From positions 124,001-188,000 of IMG/VR virus record IMGVR_UViG_3300044680_000280: a stretch of 64,000 nt of DNA, one strand, 5' to 3'. The notes beneath the pieces are model-generated. The model was given only the letters and a program-made list of their open reading frames with translations, did no database searches and was not told the origin of the DNA. The position numbers and the translations under genes are program-made. This document shows positions 26,356 through 35,987 of this stretch, piece after piece; within the stretch, counting starts at the first letter, position 1, and every line of letters starts with the position of its first letter.

Positions 26356-29166
26356 TTACTGGAGCATTGCGTCGAGAGTCACCATGCCTCGGTTGATCTG
26401 ACCAGCCGTGACGTTTCCGAGCGGAACGCGAAGAATGACTTGGACGTACTTACCACCAAAGCACACGATGGGAACCTTGGGGGTGTACTGAATGATTCCA
26501 GGGGTGAAGGGGTCCCCGAGGTTGGCGGATTTGGGTGCCTGCTGCATTCCGATGGCCGTACGAACTGGTGGGTTAGCGCCAGCCGTAGCCAAGGATGCGG
26601 CGCTGGATCCGACGGCGAGACCCCACTGAAGAAGTGTCGGCGTCGTCGTGCTTTGGGCGCCCATCAGGAATGTCGCTATCTGAATGCTCCAAATGACGAG
26701 TGTGAAGCCCGTCGGAACCTGATACGCAAAGAGCAGATAGTCCGTTTCAGCGGATGCAGGGGTGTTAAAGGCGAAGAGTCCGCCAAGCGTTGTGTATGCC
26801 GCCGTAGTGTTTGATAGCGACGTCGTCGCAATGGTGGACGGTGCCGTGCTGTTCGAGAAATTCTGTAGCTGGACACCAGTCAGGGGATCTGCAATACCGC
26901 TGCGAGAAGCAGACGCGAGCTGTTCGCCCCAAGTCGAGTTCGTCGAAAGATCGAGCTGCTCAACCGTAACGGACGTCAGAATGGCGTTGGCCGCGGTTCC
27001 AGGAGCTGTACCGCCGTTGTACACACGAATGGCAGCGGGAATGTGTCCCGTTTGAATGAGAGCGCCCTGAGTGGCCGGAGTTTGCAACGTGGTCGTTGCA
27101 AAGACCGAGTTATCCCAGTTTAGAATGTCGAGTCGAGCAATCGTACCGTAGACGTAGATGACGAACGTGTAGTAGTTCGCAGCCGTCAGAGCGGTCGCAA
27201 TGACCGACGTGGTTTCCGTTCCGTTGAAGTTGATGACGAGCTCTTGTGTACCCGCTGAAGTGATTCGGAAGAAAACTCCGTTAGTAGGGGCCGCGTTCGT
27301 AGCAGCGGCGAGGAACCCGAGCTCAATCGTGGCGTTCGTCTGAGCAGTGAGCTTTGCCTTAATGCGAGTCTGAACGGCAAACTCACCGTTGAGGAGGAAG
27401 GACTTATTCGACGTCAGAATCGAATACGCGTTCGCAGTCACGACGCTCGTAGAGTTCATGCTGAACGAAGTCTGAGTCTGTGCCTGAACAAGGCCGGACG
27501 TGGATTGAGCCCAACGAACCGTATTGACCGTCGTTCCATCGAAGGTGTCGAGGAATTCCAGACTTTCGGAACCCACTCGAAGACGATTGGCTTCACCGAA
27601 GGCAAACTCACCAACGAGGGCGTTGTCCGTCAGAGGGGCGAACAGAACCGGGTTACCGACAATGGCAGCGCCGCCAGCGGCAGGACCAACAACAATCGGT
27701 CGGCCCGAAGTGTCCGTTGAAAGGGCACGAGCAAGCGTACCGTCGGAGCCGCCGATGACCGCAACAACAGGCGGAGTCGCGGAAGCAACCGGCGCCTGAA
27801 AAGGGACTGCGGGATCGTACATGTCCGAGGCACGTAGGGTGACGTTTGCTGTACCCGACGTATACGCGGTAACCGTGACACGAGTGAGACCTGAACCGGT
27901 ATCCCCAAGGATCGACTTTGCTGTGGCTCCGTTAGCCGAGGCGAAGACAACAGTCTGCGTGATGGCGAGAGTCGTAGGATCCTGGAAGAAAGTGTTGCTC
28001 CAGGTTGTACCGCCGTCATACGAAATCTGCGGGGTGATCGTTCCGATCAGGGTTCCCGCCGCGAGCTGCATGCCCACTCCCGACAAGCCCGCCGTGGTGA
28101 TTTGAACCGCTGCGTTCAAAGCTCCGAGGGCGCCGGTTGCCGTGACATCGGAAGCCGAAAGGGTGATGGAGTTGTTAGGCGAGATTGCAACAACAAGGGC
28201 TGGGTCGGCTGCAACAGCCGCCGTGTTGGGCGCTTTAACCGCAACTGGACCGTGCGTACCGTCCGTGATTTCAAAAGGCCACGCACCCGAGAGAGCGGCG
28301 GCTGTGCCCTGGTTGACAGCACCGATGGTGTTCGAACCAGTCGGAAGTGGAGCTCCAATTTCAACGACCTGGGCACCAACACCCGAATCGAGAGTGACCG
28401 TAGCTGTACCCGTGGCAACCGTATTACCGAGAACGCGAACCTGCTGGTATCCAGCACTCGGGATTTCCCAGTTACCGTTCGCCGTCGTTGATGTAACTTC
28501 AACGCCCGTAACCGGAACGATGGCATTGACGGCTACCCAGTTGGTACCGTCGACTGTCGCCTGGAAGGACAGGGTTCCAGTCCAAGTGCCAGTGACCTCC
28601 ACACCAGTCGAGGCGGAGCCTTGCGTGTTGACAGCAACGTTCTGCGTGCTCGTGATTGTACCGGTAGACGTACGGTCCGTATATGTGATGGTAACGGGAA
28701 CCGAAGTACCGTTCGTGATACCCTGAATCGTGATGGCCGTGGCACCAGGAGAACCGGCCGTACCGAAGGCGGGAACACCGCTTGTCCCATAGAGTTCCGA
28801 GGTGCCGGCAAGTTTGTTGACAAGCGTCGCGTACACGCCGCCGAAGGACGGCGTTGTACCGCCGACCGCCCAAGAAACCTGAACGCAGGAGGCCACCATC
28901 GTCGGAATGGTGATTGTCTGAGTCCCGACTGCCGTGATCGCAGCGCCCGAAAAGGTTGGACCGATCAGCGTCGTTTGATTACCAGGATCAACCTCTTGAA
29001 CCGTGAACGTCAGGGTCGGAGTCGTACCCGAAACGGTTCCTGTGACGTTGATAACGAGAACCAGTTCTGCGGCACCGTAGCCAGTGAAAACGGCGGACCC
29101 GCTGGTCGTAACGGTCTGATTCGCTAGGACAATGGTCCTAAAATCCTGAATTGCTACTTCAGCCAT
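26356..29166 (-). CDS. Tail fibre/adhesin-like protein B (936 aa)
   Basis: N-terminal about 120 aa nearly identical to fibre A; lectin-like central domain; shared C-terminal ETDY..F.YQVP domain. Confidence 0.7.
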   Translation of the reverse strand: MAEVAIQDFRTIVLANQTVTTSGSAVFTGYGAAELVLVINVTGTVSGTTPTLTFTVQEVDPGNQTTLIGPTFSGAAITAVGTQTITIPTMVASCVQVSWAVGGTTPSFGGVYATLVNKLAGTSELYGTSGVPAFGTAGSPGATAITIQGITNGTSVPVTITYTDRTSTGTITSTQNVAVNTQGSASTGVEVTGTWTGTLSFQATVDGTNWVAVNAIVPVTGVEVTSTTANGNWEIPSAGYQQVRVLGNTVATGTATVTLDSGVGAQVVEIGAPLPTGSNTIGAVNQGTAAALSGAWPFEITDGTHGPVAVKAPNTAAVAADPALVVAISPNNSITLSASDVTATGALGALNAAVQITTAGLSGVGMQLAAGTLIGTITPQISYDGGTTWSNTFFQDPTTLAITQTVVFASANGATAKSILGDTGSGLTRVTVTAYTSGTANVTLRASDMYDPAVPFQAPVASATPPVVAVIGGSDGTLARALSTDTSGRPIVVGPAAGGAAIVGNPVLFAPLTDNALVGEFAFGEANRLRVGSESLEFLDTFDGTTVNTVRWAQSTSGLVQAQTQTSFSMNSTSVVTANAYSILTSNKSFLLNGEFAVQTRIKAKLTAQTNATIELGFLAAATNAAPTNGVFFRITSAGTQELVINFNGTETTSVIATALTAANYYTFVIYVYGTIARLDILNWDNSVFATTTLQTPATQGALIQTGHIPAAIRVYNGGTAPGTAANAILTSVTVEQLDLSTNSTWGEQLASASRSGIADPLTGVQLQNFSNSTAPSTIATTSLSNTTAAYTTLGGLFAFNTPASAETDYLLFAYQVPTGFTLVIWSIQIATFLMGAQSTTTPTLLQWGLAVGSSAASLATAGANPPVRTAIGMQQAPKSANLGDPFTPGIIQYTPKVPIVCFGGKYVQVILRVPLGNVTAGQINRGMVTLDAMLQ

Positions 29167-29213
29167 GTGGTTCCCTCACATGACTTGGTCCAAAAAGACT
29201 TTAGACGTCACGA

Positions 29214-30155
29214 TTACTCGAAGTAACCGTCAATCATACAAAACCCCCGAATCTGTTGTCCAGGAGTTGCGTTAGACATTGGGATCCTGAGTACGATATG
29301 CAAGTACTTTGTAGTACTGATCACAATTGGAGTGTCTGGCCTGAAGTTGACGGGAGACGAACTAAAACTATCTCCTATTCGAGAGGACTGAGCCGCGGTC
29401 ATCGTTCCGAGTGGGAGAAAAGCAGGGCCGCCTGATGCCAAAGATGGATTCGTAGCGTTCGCCCCTATAGCCCACTGCAAAATAGTTGGCTGTGCACTAC
29501 TAGACTGACCGAATATCTGAGCCCCAATCGAAATAGATCGCAAATACAGGTTGGAGCCCGTAGGAACCTGGTATCCAAAAAGGGCGTAGTCCGTCTCACT
29601 GCCAGAGATGGAGTTAAACTGCCAAAGACCCCCAAGAGTTGAGTAACTGGGTACCGTATTTGAGAGAGTAGCGAGGGACGGGGCGGAGTTGTTTGTGTAG
29701 TTCGCGGTCTGAACCTGCGACACGGGGGTAACGATTGTGGATCGATTCGTCCCAGCCGCCTCAGGCTGAGGATTGCCCAGAGCCGCGACAGAGACGTTGA
29801 CCCCAGAAAAAGACGGCGTCGTGCCCGTGAGTGTCCACGTAACAACGAAGGTGCCCGCGCCTTGAACTGGCACTGAAAACGTGCCAGCAAGAGTGCCCGT
29901 AATGGGGCCCGTACTAACCGAACCGCCTATTTGCGTCGTTTGGTCGATCGGATCGACCTCGGTCATTGTAAACGTGATCGTCGGAGAAATGCCCGTCGGG
30001 GCATTTGTGATATTGACGATCAGAGAAACTTGGGGAGAACCGTAGCCTGAAACAATCGCGCTTCCATTAGCCGTGAGTGTGACAGCGGACTGAACGATCT
30101 GTTCGTTCGGATCCGCAAAGGTCGGCTGGGGGGCTAGGAAGAATATGCCGGGCAT
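29214..30155 (-). CDS. Short fibre paralog C (313 aa)
   Basis: N-terminal and C-terminal domains of fibre B joined without the central region. Confidence 0.7.
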   Translation of the reverse strand: MPGIFFLAPQPTFADPNEQIVQSAVTLTANGSAIVSGYGSPQVSLIVNITNAPTGISPTITFTMTEVDPIDQTTQIGGSVSTGPITGTLAGTFSVPVQGAGTFVVTWTLTGTTPSFSGVNVSVAALGNPQPEAAGTNRSTIVTPVSQVQTANYTNNSAPSLATLSNTVPSYSTLGGLWQFNSISGSETDYALFGYQVPTGSNLYLRSISIGAQIFGQSSSAQPTILQWAIGANATNPSLASGGPAFLPLGTMTAAQSSRIGDSFSSSPVNFRPDTPIVISTTKYLHIVLRIPMSNATPGQQIRGFCMIDGYFE

Positions 30156-30865
30156 TAGACGTTCCTGACGATATTCTCACTCGTCACGGAGTTGCCGGAA
30201 TATGTATACGTTATGGTAGCCTGAGCAACGACCGTGAGCCCCGTGGCCGTATCGTAAACCGTCCTGACCTCCTGGGTCACCTTATTCCCAGTGTACGTAT
30301 AGTTGATGGTCTTGATGACGTTAGAATTCGAAGTCTGAGACCATTTTTCCTGAGTGACCCGCCTATTCACACGAGTGACCGAATACGTTGTTCCCAACGA
30401 GACGGGCTCGTTGTCCAGAAGCTCATGATTCGAGATGTCCGTGAGAGCCTGTTGGGCTACGGTTGAACTCGTAACGGTTTGTTCTTCTGTATTGAATCCG
30501 ATATAGCTCAACCCTGACGGGTACATGAAGGTGACATTTCCTCCTGTCGATGAGGGAATGATTTCTACCGTAGTAAAACTCGTGTCCGTGGGAATCGTAG
30601 CCACGTGATACGTCCCATCCGCGCCAGAAGTACCGCTGAGAACCGCTATGTCCCCGGGAGATACCGGATGGTCCTTCGTAAGAAGGATTCCCTCTCCGTC
30701 TGAGGCGAGATTCACGACAACCGTGCTCGTACCGTGAGTTGTCGAAACTAAGGTCGTGGTAAGGTATACCGCCGACCCGTCGGACACCAACTGAGCGGCA
30801 TCGACGAAGTCCGAATGGACTACGTCAGTCGCTTGTATTCCCGGTAGAGTTACTGACGGCGGCAC
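30155..30865 (-). CDS. Structural protein (236 aa)
   Basis: GTG start; beta-rich; C-terminal TINYTYTGNKVTQE repeats. Confidence 0.55.
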   Translation of the reverse strand: MPPSVTLPGIQATDVVHSDFVDAAQLVSDGSAVYLTTTLVSTTHGTSTVVVNLASDGEGILLTKDHPVSPGDIAVLSGTSGADGTYHVATIPTDTSFTTVEIIPSSTGGNVTFMYPSGLSYIGFNTEEQTVTSSTVAQQALTDISNHELLDNEPVSLGTTYSVTRVNRRVTQEKWSQTSNSNVIKTINYTYTGNKVTQEVRTVYDTATGLTVVAQATITYTYSGNSVTSENIVRNV

Positions 30866-31313
30866 TTACGTTCGACCCTTCATCCGCCACTGGGGTTACC
30901 TTACGCGGCCGTCCCCTCCTTCGACCGGGCGGTGGAGCCGTAGAAGGTGTAGGCTCGGGAGCGCTCGCTTGAGTCTCACGGAGAGCCTCTTGGCGCTCTT
31001 GTTCTCGTGCCCTCTCTTCTTCGAGTCTTCGCTCCTCCAGTACTACGTACCCATTCACAACCGAAAAAAGGATACTTGCCATGGAGGAGAAGGCATGGCC
31101 CTGAGCCTCGATTGCCGCCGCCTGGGTCCTCAGGGTTTGAGCCTGAGCGAAACAGCTTTGCTTGCGATTCTCGGTCTCCTGGTGAAGCTGAAGAATCGTC
31201 TGCTGATACAGAGCAAACGTTTCGGGATTCAACCTCTGAGATCTCTGGAGATCCAGCAATCTCGTCCGTATCCGAATCAGGTCGTTTTGGGGGTTGTTTG
31301 ATGCGGGGTCCAT
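30825..31313 (-). CDS. Coiled-coil protein with AT-hook motif
   Basis: Long helix, then PPPGRRRGRPRK. Confidence 0.6.
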   Translation of the reverse strand: MDPASNNPQNDLIRIRTRLLDLQRSQRLNPETFALYQQTILQLHQETENRKQSCFAQAQTLRTQAAAIEAQGHAFSSMASILFSVVNGYVVLEERRLEEERAREQERQEALRETQASAPEPTPSTAPPPGRRRGRPRKVTPVADEGSNVSAAVSNSTGNTSD

Positions 31314-31559
31314 TTATTTCATTCCTTTCAATGTGATCTCACCTCGAACTAAGGCATTCGCCAAAATGAGGCATGGTTCGCAGTAAATACCAGCAACAAG
31401 GTGTCCTTTGGAGGTCACCTTGAAAAAACGCGTGGGTTCCTCCGGCTTACTCTCACCATTTCTACGGAACATGGTAGGAGCGAAGTGCCCAGAACTACAC
31501 CAGTTCTGGGCGGGAGGAACCTTCTGCTCATCGATACTGAGATCGGCTTTGGGTAACAC
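31314..31559 (-). CDS. Hypothetical protein (81 aa)
   Basis: Abuts the downstream ATG; TTG/GTG-type start uncertain; CEPC motif. Confidence 0.45.
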   Translation of the reverse strand: MLPKADLSIDEQKVPPAQNWCSSGHFAPTMFRRNGESKPEEPTRFFKVTSKGHLVAGIYCEPCLILANALVRGEITLKGMK

Positions 31560-31577
31560 TGGGTTACCCTACACCGT

Positions 31578-34427
31578 TTAGAGTACCCAGTAATTGACGT
31601 GTTGGCCGGCCTTGATGGCCCAGTACGGAGTAATCGAGGTCGTGCTGGTCTCGGCATAGTCGTCACCGTTGGCGACCGTGCCGGGGTCACGGAGAACACC
31701 GTTCCAGTGAACGATGAGACCCCTACCGTTATTGGAGCCGTCCAGAACGTACGTCGCGCCGCCCGGAAGGGTGTGTGCCGTATTTGCCGGAAGAGCCGAA
31801 CCGAGGCGTTCAATGTACCGGGTAACCGTCGCCGAGGAGATGGCGTTCGAAAGGGCCTGAAGAGAGGCCGTGATGGTCGAGCCGGAGGTGAGGTACGGAC
31901 CCGTGAAGGTGTCGTCACCGATCTGCTGGTTGAGAATGTTGAGCGCCGAGATAACCGTGTCCCCTGCGCCGCCCGGAAGGTACGAGAACGGGAAGTAGTT
32001 GCCCGTGTTCGTAAGAGAACCCGAAATGTTCGTATCCGGGTAGGTCGTTCCGATCTGGCTGAGGATGTTGTCGATCTCCTGCTGAAGGAACGCGTCCGAG
32101 ACGAGTCCAAGAGCCGGGGTCGTTCGAAGACAGTTGACGTCGAGTAGGTCTCCTCGCTCGCCCTTACCGTAGATGAAATTGACGGTCGTAGCCTGACTCG
32201 ACTCCCAAACGTACGGAACAGCCTGCGTGCTGATATTTCCGCCGACCGGAACCGAGTAGAAGTTGATTTGAACCGAGTTCGGGCTGGTCGAAGTTCCCTC
32301 GGTCGTGACACCGAAGACCTTGTTGCCTTCGTTGGTCGTATTCGTCGCGGCCGACGCAGCGTAAGTGGTACCCGAGTAGTTCGTCGTCAGAACGATGTTA
32401 CCGCTCGAAACCGAGAGGATCGTGTACTGTGTGTCAGTACCGTCTGACGTGAAGGTAATCTTGTTACCCGCGACCAGGGCGCTAACCTGAGAAGCTGTAG
32501 TCGGAACTGTGGCCGAACCGTTGGTGATAGCGAACGTTCCGCTCAGAGCCGTTCCGCCGATGACGAAGAGCTCCTCGTCCGTCGCCGTGTTGACGATACC
32601 GACGTAGCAGCTCTCAAAGTCCCCAACGTATGGAGGGGTGTCGAAACACGGAATACCCGTCAGAGATTCAATGTTCGCGTGCGGAAGATTGCCAGTCGAC
32701 GTGATGACCACGTTCGTGTCGGTCGAAGCAACCGCCGCCGAATAGTAAACCTCGTTGACGTTGAGAACCTTCGCGTCGAGGGGGACCATGTTGGCCAGGT
32801 TCTTCGGAATCGGAACGAGGTTCAGGTCCGGACGGAGATACGTCGGAACGGGCTGGTCATAGTTGACGCCCTTGATCGCCGTTCGGTCCGTACGCTCGAA
32901 ATCGAGGTCGTCGTTGATGACGTACGGGTTGCGTTCGGTCCACATGGTACCCGTGTCACCAGAGACGGCCGATGCATTGGCAACGGACACCTGAGTCGCA
33001 CTTGTGTACGAAACGATGAGGAACGTTCCGTTGTTGCCAGCGTTCGTGAATCCACTCATCTGTAGGAAGTGACCCACAGAGTTCTGGGTCATATTCGCAA
33101 GACCCGTAATGGGAACGATACCCGCGGAGGGGGTGCCGGTTACAGGAGCGCTACCCGAATTGAAGCTCGTCCACGCGATGTTTCCCGAGTTCGAATCTGG
33201 ATAGTATCCGTTGGGATCCGACACAACCGCGGTGCCCGAAGCGGACGAACTGACTGTGAAAACGCCGTTGTTGCCGGCTTCTCCCGCGAGGGCAAGAAGA
33301 AGAAGGCTTCCCGTGGGAGCCGTTCCCGTCAAACCGCCGATGGCCAGCGCGTATGGGGTTGGAGTCATGACGGCCGTGGTCGCGGAGTTCGTCGTCCCCG
33401 TGTAATCGGTCGTCAGGGTGATGGTCGTACCGCCCGTGATCGAAAAGATCGTGTACTGAACAAGGGGGCGAGTCGCAAAAACGATCGTATCACCCGCAGA
33501 AAGGACACCCGTCTGCGAGGTCGACGCCGTGACAACGTTCGACTCGTGAGTTACCGCGAACGTTCCATACAGCGGAAGAGAAACCGCTTCCGCTGTGTAC
33601 GTGCCCGATGTTCCCCCATATGTCGACGTCAGGGTAATGGCCGTACCCGCAACCGTGAGGACCGTGTAGGTCACACCGAGAGCGGTGCCGTCATCGAACG
33701 AAACGTTGTCGCCTGGGAAGAGAAGACCATTTTGCGACACGGAAGCCGTGACCGATGCCGAACCGTTCGCAACGAGGAATGTCCCCGACAGAGTAACGAG
33801 GTTCGAGACCAACGCAGCAGTGGTCGCCACATTCGGCGTTCCCGCGTAAGCCACCGTCAAAGTGAAGGTCGCACCAGTAACCGTCGCAACCGTGTAGGCG
33901 ACTCCTGGCTGAGAAGCGAAAACGACGACGCTACCTGGCACCAGGATGCCAGTCATCGAAACCGAAGCCGTCACCGTAGTCGACGCACTGACCGCAAACG
34001 TTGTTGGAGTGTACAGCGGGGCGCCGCTATTGATCGCGGCAAGGGGAATCACTTCCGCCGTGGTCGAAGCGTTCGTCGTACCCTTGTATTCCGTAGCAAG
34101 GGTGACCGCAGTGCCCGCAACCGACGCAACCGTGTACTGAACGCCCGGTTGAGAAGCGAAAACGACGACTTCACCTGCATACAGAAGACCCGCTTGGGTC
34201 GTCGACGCCGTAACCGACGTCGAGTCGTTCGCCACCGAAAAAGTTCCCGTTAGGGTCGGAGTTGTGAAACCCGTGATGGTGGCACCCGTACCCGAGTTGA
34301 GAACAACGGGCATACCGAGACCCGCCGTCTCATCCAATAGCCACCGATTGTTGTTTTGATACGCGGATCCAGCGACGTCGAAGTCCTGCTGAACCGAATT
34401 GAAACGGAAATACGGTGTGTAGGTCAT
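31578..34427 (-). CDS. Large repetitive virion protein (949 aa; fibre-like)
   Basis: Five copies of an about 70-aa GTF-x-V...TAS..Q.G.L..G..V.F.S..G..YTV..V.GT..TL...Y.GT module; high-GC3 codons. Confidence 0.75.
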   Translation of the reverse strand: MTYTPYFRFNSVQQDFDVAGSAYQNNNRWLLDETAGLGMPVVLNSGTGATITGFTTPTLTGTFSVANDSTSVTASTTQAGLLYAGEVVVFASQPGVQYTVASVAGTAVTLATEYKGTTNASTTAEVIPLAAINSGAPLYTPTTFAVSASTTVTASVSMTGILVPGSVVVFASQPGVAYTVATVTGATFTLTVAYAGTPNVATTAALVSNLVTLSGTFLVANGSASVTASVSQNGLLFPGDNVSFDDGTALGVTYTVLTVAGTAITLTSTYGGTSGTYTAEAVSLPLYGTFAVTHESNVVTASTSQTGVLSAGDTIVFATRPLVQYTIFSITGGTTITLTTDYTGTTNSATTAVMTPTPYALAIGGLTGTAPTGSLLLLALAGEAGNNGVFTVSSSASGTAVVSDPNGYYPDSNSGNIAWTSFNSGSAPVTGTPSAGIVPITGLANMTQNSVGHFLQMSGFTNAGNNGTFLIVSYTSATQVSVANASAVSGDTGTMWTERNPYVINDDLDFERTDRTAIKGVNYDQPVPTYLRPDLNLVPIPKNLANMVPLDAKVLNVNEVYYSAAVASTDTNVVITSTGNLPHANIESLTGIPCFDTPPYVGDFESCYVGIVNTATDEELFVIGGTALSGTFAITNGSATVPTTASQVSALVAGNKITFTSDGTDTQYTILSVSSGNIVLTTNYSGTTYAASAATNTTNEGNKVFGVTTEGTSTSPNSVQINFYSVPVGGNISTQAVPYVWESSQATTVNFIYGKGERGDLLDVNCLRTTPALGLVSDAFLQQEIDNILSQIGTTYPDTNISGSLTNTGNYFPFSYLPGGAGDTVISALNILNQQIGDDTFTGPYLTSGSTITASLQALSNAISSATVTRYIERLGSALPANTAHTLPGGATYVLDGSNNGRGLIVHWNGVLRDPGTVANGDDYAETSTTSITPYWAIKAGQHVNYWVL

Positions 34428-34447
34428 TGAGAGTCTCCGACGGGGGG

Positions 34448-34972
34448 TTAGGCGGCTACTTGATAATTCGCGACCAAGGTGGTTCTTGCAACAGGGGTAA
34501 AAGTTAAGAGGTTTATTGTGTCGAAGCCGGTTCCAGGTCCACCACTTTCAGAAATCCAGTAATCCCCAACGCCGGGATTCGTCGTACTCGTCTGAATCAG
34601 ACGGCGACTATTCGAAAAGACCTCGATCGTCTGCATCGTCGTAAGGTTATTGATGAACTTGTCGGGGGTTGTGAACTTTCGATTGGTCCCATCTCGAGCC
34701 CCTATAAGGGGAATCCCGACTTTTGGCGTGACTTGATTGAGACCCTGAGAAAGCTGGAGAAGACTAAGAATCCCCTCATTCTCAAAATCCTCGTACCAAT
34801 GATGTACAGAGGCGTCCCCAAATATGACTTGGCGTAAACGACTGAGGAAGTACCTCTGATAGTCGTCCTGCGTAAACGAATTGGGTATCGCGTTGGCGAT
34901 CTCCCCCGAGTCCGCCTGGTCGTCTACCTCATCGGCTCGACGAATCTGTCTGTAGCGAATTTCGGAGGTCAT
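34448..34972 (-). CDS. Structural protein (174 aa)
   Basis: C-terminal DYWISESGGPGTGFDTI module shared with 34985-35302. Confidence 0.65.
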   Translation of the reverse strand: MTSEIRYRQIRRADEVDDQADSGEIANAIPNSFTQDDYQRYFLSRLRQVIFGDASVHHWYEDFENEGILSLLQLSQGLNQVTPKVGIPLIGARDGTNRKFTTPDKFINNLTTMQTIEVFSNSRRLIQTSTTNPGVGDYWISESGGPGTGFDTINLLTFTPVARTTLVANYQVAA

Positions 34973-34984
34973 GCGTCAAACCAC

Positions 34985-35302
34985 TCAGGCAACAATGTAG
35001 TTGACGACTAGTGAATCGTTAGAGTACGGGGCGTACGCTAGAGTTATGGTGTCGAATCCTGTACCCGATCCGCCGCTTTCCGAGACCGTGTAGTCCCATA
35101 GAAGTGTTTGCAGAACACCGTTGTAGTAGACCTCAATGGCAAAAAAAGGGACGTTCTGAAGAAACTTGTCCCCAAAAGGTACCGTAAATACCTGATTAGA
35201 TTGATCTAATAGTCCTAGAGGGGTGACCTCAGTTCTGTACCTTGCAACCGAAATGAAAAGTTGCTGGGCAGCTTGAAGCGAGAGGTAATTGACAAGATAC
35301 AC
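34985..35302 (-). CDS. Structural protein (105 aa), paralogous module
   Basis: DYTVSESGGSGTGFDTI; GTG start with AAGGAGG SD. Confidence 0.65.
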   Translation of the reverse strand: MYLVNYLSLQAAQQLFISVARYRTEVTPLGLLDQSNQVFTVPFGDKFLQNVPFFAIEVYYNGVLQTLLWDYTVSESGGSGTGFDTITLAYAPYSNDSLVVNYIVA

Positions 35303-35324
35303 TCGAACCCTCCTTCGAGTGTAT
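35297..35324 (-). promoter_or_regulatory. Hairpin with SD in the loop and the GTG start in the stem
   Basis: Perfect 11-bp stem ATACACTCGAA/TTCGAGTGTAT; minus-strand loop GGAGGG. Confidence 0.55.
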
Positions 35325-35983
35325 TACCTCGGGTAGGCGAGAGTGAATCGAGCAGAGAACTCCACAGCGCCGCCACCGCCACGGACCCAAAGAGAACCCT
35401 GTGTCCCCCTCAAAGAAGTGAATTGCTCAGCCGTATCCGGTGGGACTTTCGTTTCGGGTCCGCCCGCTTCCGTCGAAACGTACAGACTGTTCGACGGGTC
35501 CTCGTTATGAATGTGGAAGTCCTCCATCAAACGAGGGAGATCGATCTGGAACGAGTTTGCGGTCGATGCGCCAGAAGGAGCCTGACCGTGAATCGTAACG
35601 ATACCTACCCCATGATTGGATGAGTCCGGAAGGAGAAGCGTTGGGGCCCCAACGAGTGTCTCAGTGCTTCCTACGACCTGAGCGAACTGAAGCCAAATAT
35701 CGCTCGTGTCCGTAAGGCTGAAGGTCGCTGGATTGAAAACAATACGAACGTTCCGACCGCTCGATAACTGACCTGTAAATCCACCCAAAGGTTGGGCGTC
35801 CACGGTATTGATGTTGATACTGGGGTCCAAATACCCGACATTCGTAACCGTGAGAAATGGCGTAAAAGAGCCGTCGAAGTTCGTTGACGACTTCAAGCGG
35901 TACCCTGTCGCACCGTAGGCGAAAGGCGTGAGTACGTCGACATAGTTCGGTCGGCGTCGAACAACTGAGAAGAGGCGGTTCAT
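35324..35983 (-). CDS. Structural protein (219 aa)
   Basis: Beta-rich two-domain ORF in the operon. Confidence 0.6.
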   Translation of the reverse strand: MNRLFSVVRRRPNYVDVLTPFAYGATGYRLKSSTNFDGSFTPFLTVTNVGYLDPSININTVDAQPLGGFTGQLSSGRNVRIVFNPATFSLTDTSDIWLQFAQVVGSTETLVGAPTLLLPDSSNHGVGIVTIHGQAPSGASTANSFQIDLPRLMEDFHIHNEDPSNSLYVSTEAGGPETKVPPDTAEQFTSLRGTQGSLWVRGGGGAVEFSARFTLAYPR

Positions 35984-35987
35984 GGTC

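Noticed and set aside
33069-34253. 394-aa plus-strand ORF
   Set aside because: Antisense shadow of the 949-aa repetitive gene
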